A stretch of DNA of 64,000 bases, taken from positions 10,292,001 to 10,356,000 of the forward strand of contig NC_047073.1 of assembly GCF_902459465.1 (NCBI RefSeq), written 5' to 3'. The notes below the pieces were generated by a model. That model was not told where the DNA came from, searched no databases, and was given only the letters and a program-made list of their open reading frames with translations. Position numbers and translations under genes: made by a program. Origin of the DNA: Asterias rubens. Taxonomy: Eukaryota. Of this stretch, positions 35,401-49,206 are shown in pieces (position 1 is the first letter of the stretch; every line of letters begins with the position of its first letter).

Positions 35401-38400
35401 CACATTGTCCTAGGCAGGGGAAACAATGTGTTTTTATAAAAATGCGCACCATGTTTCTTAGGCTCATCCTACTGCTTCCCTAGGGTAGTATCGTTAACTT
35501 TGGTGTGATTCCTGGCTAAACGACAGTCAAAGTTGTATGGCTTTTGACCGGCACACCTGAACTGAACCCTGACTGGCCCAGATAGCCCAGTTGGTCGGCC
35601 TAGAGACGGCACGTTAATTGGGAGGTCGTTGGTCTAGTAAAATTTCCATTGTTTTTTTTATCAACAAAAAATACTATAAATACTAATAATGTAAGTTTTT
35701 GTGCAGCTGGATTCGAACCTGTAACCTTTGGCTTGCAAGTGGTCTTTATCCTAGAATTCTGATTATATACCTGATGTACGATGATATCAAAAGGATGGCT
35801 TATAGTTGTGTCGAGGATAACATGTCGATTATTCCCATCAATATCTGACGACTCGATTCGACGCAGCTTAGCATCTATCCAGAAGATTCGTTGCTCATCA
35901 TAGTCGAGAGCTATACCATTAGGCCATATGATATCTTCAGTTACTATGGTAACCACACCTTGACCATCGAGACCAGCTCGTCCAATGTGGGGTGTTGAAC
36001 CCCAGTCTGTCCAAAACATGTACCTGAAGGAGTAAAAACAGGGTATTTTTACAGCTAATTCAGGAAAAGACAAATGATAGTCCCTATGGTTTGGTATGAC
36101 TTGCATTATGCGTTGACTTAATGATTTGGTTATATTAATAACAATGATAATATTAATATTGGCTTCAAAAGTGGCTTCAACATTCAGTATTTTTCCTGCA
36201 AGGTATGTTGGACTACGTTTAAACTATGAGACCACCTCCTCTTATAGCACCGTGTAAAGTTTAACAAGGTGTTGTTAAGCAGCCAATCAAACTAGGAGCA
36301 CCAGGTCGAACCCGGCCGGCCACCTTCTCTTTACGATCAGTGCACTGGCATATTTTACTTGTGTTAAACAATACACAGGACCGACGGCTGTATGTCCCAT
36401 CCGAAGGACAAAGCATCATAGTTAAAATTGTTTTGTTTAAGGACACAGGTGTCAGGACTGGAACTCCAACCAGCACTCAGATGATCAGAAACACCAGGGC
36501 CCATTTTGATAGAGCTGCTGAGCACCAAAATTTGCTTAGCATGAAATGTCTTCTTTTATCAAAACAGGATTACCAACCAAATTTATATTTGTTGCATATT
36601 GCTTGTTATACTGGTATTAAGCTGTTGTTTTGCTTATTTTATCCTGAAAATCCTGTTGGAATTCGGTGGGTAATCCTGTTTTTATCAAGGCAAAAATTTC
36701 ATGCGTAGCAAAGTTTTGTGCTTAGCAGCTCTATGAAATTGGGCCCTGATCTTGAGTGCCGTACTCTTAACTGCTACTATGACACACCACAGCAGTATAA
36801 CCAATAAAACTGGTTTCTTTAGATGGGTCAGGAGTTTGCAGGATGGCATGCACCAACTATTACCCTTCAGCTGGATCCACCACAATTCCTCGAGGTTCTT
36901 TAAGATTCTCATTGATGAGCGTCTTCTTGAAACTGCCGTCCCATCTAGCAACATTGATGGTACCATCACCTGTGTCAGTCCAGTAGAGGTTTCGGTAGAC
37001 CCAGTCGTATGCTACGCCGTTCGATATGGTATCTGTAACAACTACTTGGGTGTGGACTGATGAGCCATCAGAGAAGCTGAGTCTGCACCACAAATCAAAG
37101 ATGAGATGATTTATAACAACCATGGCTCAATGCCACAAAGCTCCAACATGAGTTTCTCAAATCATCACAGTGATTTTTGTTGTGTTTTCACATAAAATTT
37201 TGTAAGCAATGAGAAGTTCAATCTTTGCTCTTTGTGAAATCGGCCCCAGATATTTCCGAATTCATTGTAAGATTAAAAAGCTTTGCATGGTGAGAGAACA
37301 ATGTTGGAATGAAGGTGTTTGTACAGTAGTGACACTATGTACTTATATCTCCATGAACCATAGGTTTAACAACTTTAGAGTCTCAAGATTTTCAGTTTTT
37401 TTTAGGAGTGACCAAAGTGTTGACCGAATGATTTTTGAAGCTTTGCAAAGTGTGGAAATTAAGATGTAACTATAAGCAGTAAACTTTTAGTTTCAACCAT
37501 GTTAAAATCTCTTTTGGGAGGAGTGTTGTTTGTGCATGGCTTCAACTCTACTTGAGTGAGCAGCCTCATCAGATGTCCAGAATTCTCCCGAAGATGATCA
37601 GAGAGTCTGTTTGAAACGTCAAAACCACACCGTCTCTTTTCAGAGCCAACACTCCTCCCACAAGGAATTTTACAAAATGGTTGTACGTTGACTATTTGTA
37701 GTTAATAGTTGTGACTGTTTTATTTTATTGAATGCAACCTTGTCGAGCTGAGAAAAGTCTTTGAGGCAATTTCTAAAGATCTTTGATGAGTGTTGGCGCT
37801 AAGTCACATATTATGGACGAAAAAATGAACATTGAAAATGACCTGCTTATGTTTTCAGTTCCGACATCAGTCAAATAAACAGCATCCATAATAGGGTCGT
37901 AGCTAATGGCAACAGCTGTATTCAGCCCCCGTGCTACAAGCTCCGTTGTCGCAGAGAAAACGTTCAGTTTTCTGAGTGTGGTACGGTCTACTAGAAGGAG
38001 CTTAGGTGGTGCTGGGTATGAAAAAACACAGGTCCGGTTGTCAAGGTCGACATTATATGACATATGGGGGCTATTGATAGAAAAAGGGGGCATAGCTAAT
38101 TCCATGACTCCATTTTTAACCAATCAGATTAGAGGATTCTATGCATGAGGTATGAATAATAGTTATTATAAACTTCTGGTAATGAAACCAATAATAGCTT
38201 ACATTCTTAAATATTTATGTAATTTTTATATCGTAATTTTATCATGTGATTTTTCTGTTTACTTTTAACATGTTAGTTTGTTCGCAGGGCCCAAATGGAA
38301 ACCAGTCTTTTTTTTTTACTGATTTGGCTCACCCAGGGTCAATAAAGGAAATAAATAAATAAATAAATAAATAGCTCATAAGTGAATGTAATTATTGTAG

Positions 38401-41400
38401 TTCACAAGCCTGAGAAAACCTGTAAACAGGGTGCACGCTATGTAAAAGATGTTTTCTTGGCACTATACCAATACTAGTATACACGACCTAGAGCTTCATG
38501 TCCCATCCGGAGGAAAAACAATACTTGTTTAAGTGTTTTTCTGAAGGACAAGTGTTCAGAACGGGACTCAAACCCACATCAAAAGCTCACTGGTGCTCTG
38601 TACTAACTTCCCACGACACACCACAAACCTTTATCAAACTATCACCAATACCAGAGTACTATCACTACGTAACTGCAAAAGCAAAAAACATAGATACTGA
38701 TAATCGATATGCTAAATTAGCAGGCAGACTAATTTTTCCCCAATGTTCACATCCTCTCTTAGTGGACACTCTCCTGACGATGACTAGAGCAAGCTAGTAG
38801 AGACGTTGAGACCAATTCAAGAACTGACTCCGCGGTAGTACAGTTAATTACGATTCTATAAGCTAAAGTAGTCGTCCCAGCCTATTTCTATACCATCAAC
38901 AGTTCTTTTGAGAAGTCTCCCGAACACCCGAACAATCTACTCTGCGGTTGTAGAATGAAGCATGAAGAACAAACTCTACCTGGCAAAGTAGATACACACA
39001 TGGTGTTACCGCAAACCAAATATATATGGACTGATGCGCTTCTACTTTACTCACCATGGTCACAGTAATAGCCCTTGGGGACACTGATGCACTGTCTACT
39101 TCCACAACCTCCATTGTCATCACTACATGCCTCTGTAAAAAAAAAGGAGACCCAAAAAGTTACACCAGGACTGCGTTTTAAGCTGGTGAGCATTGCAAAC
39201 TTTGGCAGCTTTGCATTCAAATTTTGATTTCAAGAATAAAAAAGGAGACCCAAAAAGTTACATCAAGGCTGCGTTTTAAGATGGTGAGCATTGCAAACTT
39301 TGGCTGCTTTGCATTCAAATTTTGATTACAAGAATAAAAAAGGAGACCCCAAAAATTACATCAGGGGTGTGTTTCATGCAGGTGAGCATTGCAAACTTTG
39401 GGCATCAGTTGCATTTGCAAATAATGAATGTATGAATAATTTTTGTGTTTATATGCCAGTCCATCGAAGACTCTCGGCACTACCCTTTTTGTACTCCAGA
39501 GTGGAACGAAGCAAGTATATAAGAAGTGCCTTGGTTGAGGACAAAAGGATTCAAACCAACATTCTGTAAATAACAGAACTGCGATTCACTGTCGAAGACT
39601 GCTCAGCCTTGACCCTAAACACCAGTGGTTTTCCTTTTACTTTGCAGCTAAAAGGGTTGCATTTTGTGGAGTAAAAAATTTGACTCCACAAATTGGCTTG
39701 CAGTGTTATTTCATGACATATAAGGCAATTTCGAGGCATATTAGTGTGGATCATTATATTTTACTTTTTAAAGGCAGTGGACACTACTGGTAACTTCTCA
39801 AAATAATTATCATCATAAAACCTTTCTTGATTACAAGTAATGGGGAGAGGTTGATAGTAAAAAACATTGTGAGAAACAGCTCCCTCTGAAGTGACGTAGT
39901 TTTCGAGAAAGAAGTAATTTTCCCACGAACTTGATTTCGAGACCTCAAGTTTAGAATTTGAGGTCTCGAATTCAAGCATCAGAAAGCACACAACTTCGTG
40001 TGACAAGGGTGTTTTTTTCTTTCATTTCTATCTCGCAACTTCGACGACCGATTGAGCTCAAATTTTCACAGGTTTGTTATTTTATGCATATGTTGAGATA
40101 CACCAATTGTGAAGACCAATCTTTTACAATTACCAATAGTGTCCACTGTCTTTAAAACTACTTTACAATCATATGCATGTCATAACAAACACTTTTCAAA
40201 TACCAACTTGCCCACAGTCTGAAGCATTGTGCCCCTTTAACCACCAGGCCTCAATTTCAGGCTCGACTTAATGTTAGCACAGAATCAGCGCTTACGGAAG
40301 CAGGGAATTATGTGCTTACGGCAAGCATATTTCACGGGTTGGAGGCGAATTTTGGCTTCTGTGCGACTGTGTGGATACTCAACGGTACTAGGCTTTCTAT
40401 GCTTACAAGGCTGCGCAGAAATTTGGTCTCTTGCACGTCAAGTGGGGAATCGTGATCGTAAGCACAGAATTCAGCGGTGAGCAGCGGGCCCAGAACTTGA
40501 ATTTTATGCTCTCAACCACTCGGCCATATTACACCCTTTAGAATAGACACTGCAAACCTTTGAAATACCGCTTCTATCTTTGACCGAAAACAAAATCGAG
40601 GTCAATTTGTCTGTAGATACTTTACTTATCCACTAGTTTTGTTGTCATTTCCTGTCACCTAAAACTAACATTTTAATAATTTGGTTTTATCTGTAGTTTT
40701 CACTTACGAGCAGTGAACTCCGTTTCGTCTACATCTTGTCTCACCTAACATACATTTTACATTTATCGTTAAATCTCTACAACTTGTCTACATTTTTGTG
40801 TACTTCACACTACTTTTATCATCATTCCTGTTCACCTTTAAAATAACATTTTAGTCAAATTCTTATCATCTGCAGTCTTGACTTACGAGCAGTGCACTTG
40901 GTTTCGTCTTCACCGCCTTGACAGTCAGAAGTGCCATCACAAAGCTGAGAGGTCAAGATGCAAGTGGATTGATAAGGACACTGGAAACGGTTTTGCGCTG
41001 TACAGACACCAGAGCAGTCTTTCTCATCTGAGTTTCCAGGGCAGTCTTGAAAGCCGTTACAGCGAACTGAAGACGGCTGGCAGGATCCATCATCACAGGT
41101 AAACTCATCATCAGAACATGTTTGGTCTGTTATCCAAGGTGAAATAAAAATGTTACATAGGGTGCGTTCGATTAGCTTCCCTGGGTCGACCCCGATCTGC
41201 CCCAGTATGTTCAAATAGCTTTGACATCATTCCAGGGGTTAATTCGGGTCAGCCCCAAGTGCCCTGCTTGTGGAGTGGGTCACTTTGGGCTGGCCTGAGG
41301 TGCATGACATCACCATAAGAGGGTGATTGATCATTCGCTTAGCTCTTGTCAGGGGCCTGAATGAGCAACGCAGGGTCCACATAGGGAAGCTAATCGAACG

Positions 41401-44400
41401 CACCCAAAGTAATACTTGGTTTTTATAGATCACACACATCCTTAGTAGCTAGATCAAGACGCTTTACAACATTATTATCCCTTTTCATTGGGCATACTTG
41501 GACCATATTCTCAGACTGAGTTAATTCAAAACGATTTATCTTTGGCTTTATAATAGATCAAAGCAGATGCGACCCCATTACTCTAACATCCGGTTTATGC
41601 TTGTCTACTCATCGGTCACCCTGTGTTTACGTAAAGATCAGTGTGTTTTTTTAATTCTGTCCACACAACAGTGTTAACATATAAACCCGAAGTGGTCTAA
41701 AGATAAACCCCCTAGCTCAACGGTCTAACTTTTATTGGTTAAATCCGATTCAGTCTAGTACTGTCTACCGTTGTTTGGACACACCAAGTTGAACTAGATT
41801 GGGATGCACAAAGAGCAAAACCGACTTAAGTACCGTCACATCAAGAGTGCGTGTGAAATTGCTCATAAATTGTCAATAAATTGCACAATCAAGTTGTGTG
41901 AATGATTTTGCAACTGACATTGTGTGCCATAGAACCTGATACTACTGGTGTGTCTATACTTACTTTTCAATAGGAGACTTTTGGGACGCTTGGTGGCAGC
42001 AGACTTACCAGGTAAATTCCATTGTTCTTGGTAATGTGCGCACGCTCAGAGCTACGTGAACAATGGAAATTGACCTGGTAGGTCTGCTGCCAGCGTTCCA
42101 CAGTCTCCCATTAATTATAAAACCAGATAAAACTGACCTCCTGGGCAGGAAGCTTCATCCGAACCATCTTCACAGTCCGTGTCACCGTCACATTGCCACG
42201 TTTTGGTTATACATTGATCACTGCATTCAAATTCAGTCTCTGCATTACAGTTGAGTTCAACCCCTACATCTATGAACATCACATCAAATTTATTCAGTTT
42301 CTTATTGTATATTTGTCCGTACAAGTGTACCTGCTGAGTTTGTGACTAGTGTCATTTGAGATAGATAGAAAAACTGAACTGCAACTATGATACAACATTT
42401 AAAAAAAAAGTTAAAAGGACATCATTAAGAGAACAACAATAGTATATACAATAATTATTATAAAATACGCAAGCAAAAAGGGGAATAAAAACATACAACA
42501 ACCACACACCTTTGACAAGACACACACCACACAAGTGTCAACATGCATGGTGCTATGTAAGTTTTGGTAGTGTGATTTTTATTCTTTTTTATTAGTATCA
42601 CATCTAATATGTGTATCTGTGAAAATTGCTTTGCACAAGTTGGGTGAATGATTTTGCAATCGATAATGTGGGACATAGAACCTGATGCTACCGTTGTGTC
42701 ATTTTAGTAGGTCCCCAACAGATATGCAGCTAATCTTGATTGTGAAATATGTAAATGCACACCTTGCTTGCATTCTTACACTACTGGTTGTCAACATGAG
42801 GGAATATCACGCCTTTTTGTTTTGGGGCTGATGTGATTGCATGACTTGTAGGTGTTTGTGAAACCAGTGATATTTACTAGTCTTGATTGATCAATTCATT
42901 TTTGTATGTTGGTGTGTAATGCACTGGTAGATTTCTCCAACTGAGGGTGTTCGTTCTTAATTGTTGTAAAGCCTGATACTACTTGTGTGTCTGCACTTGC
43001 TTTCCAATTAAAGGCAGTGGACACTGTTGGTAATTACTCAAAATAATTATCAGCATAAAACCTTACTTGGTTACGAGTCATGGGGAGAGGTTGATAGTAT
43101 AAAACATTGTGGGAAACGGCTCCCTCTGAAGTGTCGTAGTTTTCAAGAAAGAAGTAATTTTCCGCGAATTGGATTTCGAGACCTCAGAATTAGACTTGAG
43201 GTCGGAAAAACAAGCATCTGAAAGCACACAACTTCGTGTGACAGGGGTGTTTTTTCTTTCATAGGTATATCTAGCAACTTTGACGACCAATTGAGCTCAA
43301 ATTTTCACAGGTATGTTATTTTATGCATATGTTGAGATACACAAAGTGAGAATGTTGGTCTTTGACAATTACCGACAGTGTCCAGTGTCTTAAAACTATA
43401 AAACCAGATAGAACGTACCTGAACAGGTAGCTTCATCCGAACCATCATTGCAGTCTTCATCACCATCACAATGCCAGCGTTTAGGTATACATTGATTGTC
43501 ACTGCATTTGAATTCAGTCTCTGAACAGCTGAGCTCCAATTCTGCAATTGTAAATCCCACATCAAAATATTATGTGCAAGTTTTCAAAAATAGCTGTGCT
43601 ATTCTCTCACTCAGTATATAGCTGCCTTTCTTGAGCTATGACCCTGCTCCTCAGTTGGTTTTCTCCTCAACACTCACTGAGATGGAAAGCTCTTCAACCT
43701 GTCCCGCCTGTCAGTGAGCCAAACAGTTTGTGTGCTAGCTCCCACTCTTTTATCTCTCTCTATCTAGCTGCCTTTCTTGAGCTCTGACCCTGATGATCCT
43801 CAGTTGGTGTTTTCCTCAACACTCTCTCAGACAGAAAGCTGTTCAACCTGTCTGGCCTGTCAGGGAGCCAAACAGTTTGTGCGCTGGCTCCCACTCTGTT
43901 ATCTCTCTTTCTATCTAGCTGCCCTTCTTGAGCTGTGATCCTGATCCTCAGTTGGTGTTCTACTCCACAACACTCTCTCAGATTCAAAGCTGTTCAACCT
44001 GTCTCACCTGTCAGGGAGCCAAACAGTCTGTGCGCTGGCTCCCACTCTTTTATCTCTCTCTATATCTAGCTGCCTTTCTTGAGCTGTGATCCTGATCCTC
44101 AGTTGGTGTTCTACTCCTCAACACTCTCTCAGATTCAAAGCTCTTCAACCTGTCTCGCCTGTCAGGGAGCCAAACAGTTTGTGCGCTGGCTCCCACTCTT
44201 TTATCTCTCTCTATATCTAGCTGCCTTTCTTGAGCTCTGACCCTGATCCTCAGTTGGTGTTCTACTCCTCAACACTCTCTCAGATTCAAAGCTTCCCTGG
44301 GTCGACCCCGATCTGCCCCAGTATGTTCAAATAGCTTTGACATCATTCCAGGGGCTAATTCGGGTCAGCCCCAAGTGCCCTGCTTGTGGAGTGGGTCACT

Positions 44401-47400
44401 TTGGGCTGGCCTGAGGTGCATGACATCACCATGAGAGGGTGATTGATCATTCGCTTAGCTCTTGTCAGGGGCTCAAATGAGCAACGCAGGGTCCACATAG
44501 GGAAGCTAATCGAACGCACCCAAAGTAATACTTGGTTTTTATAGATCACACACATCCTTAGTAGCTAGATCAAGACGCTTTACAACATTATTATCCCTTT
44601 TCATTGGGCATACTTGGACCATATTCTCAGACTGAGTTAATTCAAAACGATTTATCTTTGGCTTTATAATAGATCAAAGCAGATGCGACCCCATTACTCT
44701 AACATCCGGTTTATGCTTGTCTACTCATTGGTCACCCTGTGTTTACGTAAAGATCAGTGTTTTTTTTAAATTCTGTCCACACAACAGTGTTAACATATAA
44801 ACCCGAAGTGGTCTAAAGATAAACCCCCTAGCTCGACGGTCTAACTTTTATGGGTTAAATCCGGTTCAGTCTAGTACTGTCTACCGTTGTTCGGACACAC
44901 CAAGTTGAACTAGATTGGGATGCACAAAGAGCAAAACCGACTTAAGTACCGTCACATCAAGAGTGCGTGTGAAATTGCTCATAAATTGTCAATAAATTGC
45001 ACAATCAAGTTGTGTGAATGATTTTGCAACTGACATTGTGTGCCATAGAATCTGATACTACTGGTTTGTCTATACTTACTTTTTAATAGGAGACTTTTTG
45101 GACGCTTGGTGGCAGCAGACTTACCAGGTAAATTCCATTGTTCTTGGTAATGTGCGCATGCTCAGAGCTACGTGAACAATGGAAATTGACCTGGTAGGTC
45201 TGCTGCCAGCGTTCCACAGTCTCCCATTAATTATAAAACCAGATAAAACTGACCTCCTGGGCAGGAAGCTTCATCCGAACCATCTTCACAGTCCGTGTCA
45301 CCGTCACATTGCCACGTTTTGGTTATACATTGATCACTGCATTCAAATTCAGTCTCTGCATTACAGTTGAGTTCAACCCCTACATCTATGAACATCACAT
45401 CAAATTTATTCAGTTTCTTATTGTATATTTGTCCGTACAAGTGTACCTGCTGAGTTTGTGACTAGTGTCATTTGAGATAGATAGAAAAACTGAACTGCAA
45501 CTATGATACAACATTTAAAAAAAAAGTTAAAAGGACATCATTAAGAGAACAACAATAGTATATACAATAATTATTATAAAATACGCAAGCAAAAAGGGGA
45601 ATAAAAACATACAACAACCACACACCTTTGACAAGACACACACCACACAAGTGTCAACATGCATGGTGCTATGTAAGTTTTGGTAGTGTGATTTTTATTC
45701 TTTTTTATTAGTATCACATCTAATATGTGTATCTGTGAAAATTGCTTTGCACAAGTTGGGTGAATGATTTTGCAATCGATAATGTGGGACATAGAACCTG
45801 ATGCTACCGTTGTGTCATTTTAGTAGGTCCCCAACAGATATGCAGCTAATCTTGATTGTGAAATATGTAAATGCACACCTTGCTTGCATTCTTACACTAC
45901 TGGTTGTCAAAATGAGGGAATATCACGCCTTTTTGTTTTGGGGCTGATGTGATTGCATGACTTGTAGGTGTTTGTGAAACCAGTGATATTTACTAGTCTT
46001 GATTGATCAATTCATTTTTGTATGTTGGTGTGTAATGCACTGGTAGATTTCTCCAACTGAGGGTGTTCGTTCTTAATTGTTGTAAAGCCTGATACTACTT
46101 GTGTGTCTGCACTTGCTTTCCAATTAAAGGCAGTGGACACTGTTGGTAATTACTCAAAATAATTATCAGCATAAAACCTTACTTGGTTACGAGTCATGGG
46201 GAGAGGTTGATAGTATAAAACATTGTGGGAAACGGCTCCCTCTGAAGTGACGTAGTTTTCGAGAAAGAAGTAATTTTCCACGAATTGGATTTCGAGACCT
46301 CAGAATTAGATTTGAGGTCGGAAAAACAAGCATCTGAAAGCACACAACTTCGTGTGACAGGGGTGTTTTTTCTTTCATAGGTATATCTAGCAACTTTGAC
46401 GACCAATTGAGCTCAAATTTTCACAGGTATGTTATTTTATGCATATGTTGAGATACACAAAGTGAGAATGTTGGTCTTTGACAATTACCGACAGTGTCCA
46501 GTGTCTTAAAACTATAAAACCAGATAGAACATACCTGAACAGGTAGCTTCATCCGAACCATCATTGCAGTCTTCATCACCATCACAATGCCAGTGTTTAG
46601 GTATACAGTGATTGTCACTGCATTTGAATTCAGTCTCTGAACAGCTGAGCTCCAATTCTGCAATTGCAAATCCCACATCAAAATATTATGTGCAAGTTTT
46701 CAAAAATCGCTGTGCTATTCTCTCACTCAGTATATAGCTGCCTTTCTTGAGCTATGACCCTGCTCCTCAGTTGGTTTTCTCCTCAACACTCACTGAGATG
46801 GAAAGCTCTTCAACCTGTCCCGCCTGTCAGTGAGCCAAACAGTTTGTGTGCTAGCTCCCACTCTTTTATCTCTCTCTATCTAGCTGCCTTTCTTGAGCTC
46901 TAACCCTGATGATCCTCAGTTGGTGTTTTCCTCAACACTCTCTCAGACAGAAAGCTGTTCAACCTGTCTGGCCTGTCAGGGAGCCAAACAGTTTGTGCGC
47001 TGGCTCCCACTCTGTTATCTCTCTTTCTATCTAGCTGCCCTTCTTGAGCTGTGATCCTGATCCTCAGTTGGTGTTCTACTCCACAACACTCTCTCAGATT
47101 CAAAGCTGTTCAACCTGTCTCACCTGTCAGGGAGCGAAACAGTTTGTGCGCTGGCTCCCACTCTTTTATCTCTCTCTATATCTAGCTGCCTTTCTTGAGC
47201 TCTGACCCTGATCCTCAGTTGGTGTTCTACTCCTCAACACTCTCTCAGATTCAAAGCTCTTCAACCTGTCTCGCCTGTCAGGGAGCCAAACAGTTTGTGC
47301 GCTGGCTCCCACTCTTTTATCTCTCTTTCTATCTAGCTGCCCTTCTTGAGCTCTGACCCTGATCCTCAGTTGGTGTTCTACTCCTCAACACTCTCTCAGA

Positions 47401-49138
47401 TTCAAAGCTCTTCAACCTGTCTCGCCTGTCAGGGAGCCAAACAGTTTGTGCGCTGGCTCCCACTCTTTTATCTCTCTCTATCTAGCTGCCTTTCTTGAGC
47501 TGTGACCCTGATGATCCTCAGTTGGTGTTTTCCTCAACACTCTCTCAGACAGAAAGCTCTTCAACCTGTCTGGCCTGTCAGGGAGCCAAACAGTATTTTT
47601 TGCAGGCTCCTGCTCTACTCTCTTTCTATCTAGCTGCCTTTCTTGAGCTGTGACCCTGATCCTCAGTTGGTGTTTTCTTCAATACTCTCTCAGACAGAAA
47701 GCTCTTCAACCTGTCTGGCCTGTCAGGGAGCCAAACAGTATTTTGTGCAGGCTCCTGCTCTACTCTCTTTCTATATAGCTGCTTTTCTTGAGCTCTGACC
47801 CTGATCCTCAGTTAGGGTTTTCCTCAACACTCTCAGACAGAAAGCTCTTCAACCGAGCTGTCTTTCCTGTCTGGGAGCCAAACAGGATCATGTGCCTTCT
47901 CCTGCTCTATTCTTATTGTATGGGAAAATAGCTGAGGATAACTCGATCATACCCTGCACGTAGCAGGTGCAGTTTCGCCACCACTCACCAACATAGACCG
48001 ATTCCCCACATGTGAAAATGCTGAAAGTCATGCTCTAACTAGAATGACCCACATATGCATCTGTTTTTTGTTTCAGTAATGTTGTGTAGAATTTTTGATA
48101 CTTCAAATCTTGGATTGTTAATTTTGTTTGTTCCAAAGGAGAGAAATGGCATACATACTAATACTTTTGTATTTTACATTTTACATCAAATTGCACTTTT
48201 AATACTTCAGGAATTCTTTTTAATGAGGTACATGTTTACAAACAGATTGAATGTTGTTTAGATTTTTTACTCCTAATGTTATAATTGTGTTTCTAATTTT
48301 TTAGTCTTTCCATTACTCATGCAATGTTCAGCAGCCTAGAGCATGTCAACATGATTAAAGGCAGTGGACACTACTGGTAATTGTGCATAAAATAACAAAC
48401 CTGTGAAAATTTGAGCTCAATCGGTCATCGAAGTTGCGAGATAATAATGAAAGAAAAATAACCCTTGTCACACAAAGTTGTGTGCATTTAGATGGTTGAT
48501 TTCGAGACCTCAAGTTCTAAATCTGAGGTCTCGAAATCAAATTCGTGGAAAATTACTTCTTTATCGAAAACTATGGCACTTCAGAGGGAGCTGTTTCTCA
48601 CAATGTTTTATACCATCAACCTCTCCCCATTAATCGTCACCAAGAAAAGTTATGCCAATAATTATTTTGAGTAATTACCAATAGTGTCCACTGCCTTTAA
48701 GGTGCTATATAAGTGTTGGTATCATTATTACTATTACTTGTTTTTTCAATTAAATATAAAATTGAAGTGTCGTGGCCGAGCGGTTAAGAGCACCGAATTC
48801 AAACTCTGGTGTTTCTGATCAGCAGAGTGTGGGTTTGAATCCCCAGTCGTGACACTTGTGTCCTTAAGCAAGACACTTAACCATTGTTTCGTCCTTCGGA
48901 TAGGACGTAAAGCCATTGGTCTCTTGTGTTGTGTAATGCATGTAAAAGAACCAAGTGCACCTATCGAAAAAAGAAGGGGTCCGCCCCGGTGTTCCTGGCT
49001 GTGGCTGCTATATGCGCAGTAGCACTCAGATTTCATCACTGCAATAACCTATCTTTCTGAAAGTTTGTATATATATCCAGCGCCTGAGTACCTTGTTTGG
49101 TAGATCTGTGCGCTATATAAGACTTCGATATTATTACG

Positions 49139-49206
<68 letters not shown>

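Larger units (their letters stand above)
41174..44289. repeat. 3116-bp tandem duplication, copy 1
   Basis: Constant 3116-bp offset to 44290-47405 for exons, MITE and satellite. Confidence 0.95.
44290..47405. repeat. 3116-bp tandem duplication, copy 2
   Basis: Junction at AGCT microhomology joining a satellite unit to a MITE TIR. Confidence 0.93.

Noticed and set aside
43610-47910. CRISPR-like appearance of the 150-bp, 19-bp and 21-bp arrays
   Set aside because: Units are contiguous with no unique spacers, there are no cas genes, and the DNA is eukaryotic intron
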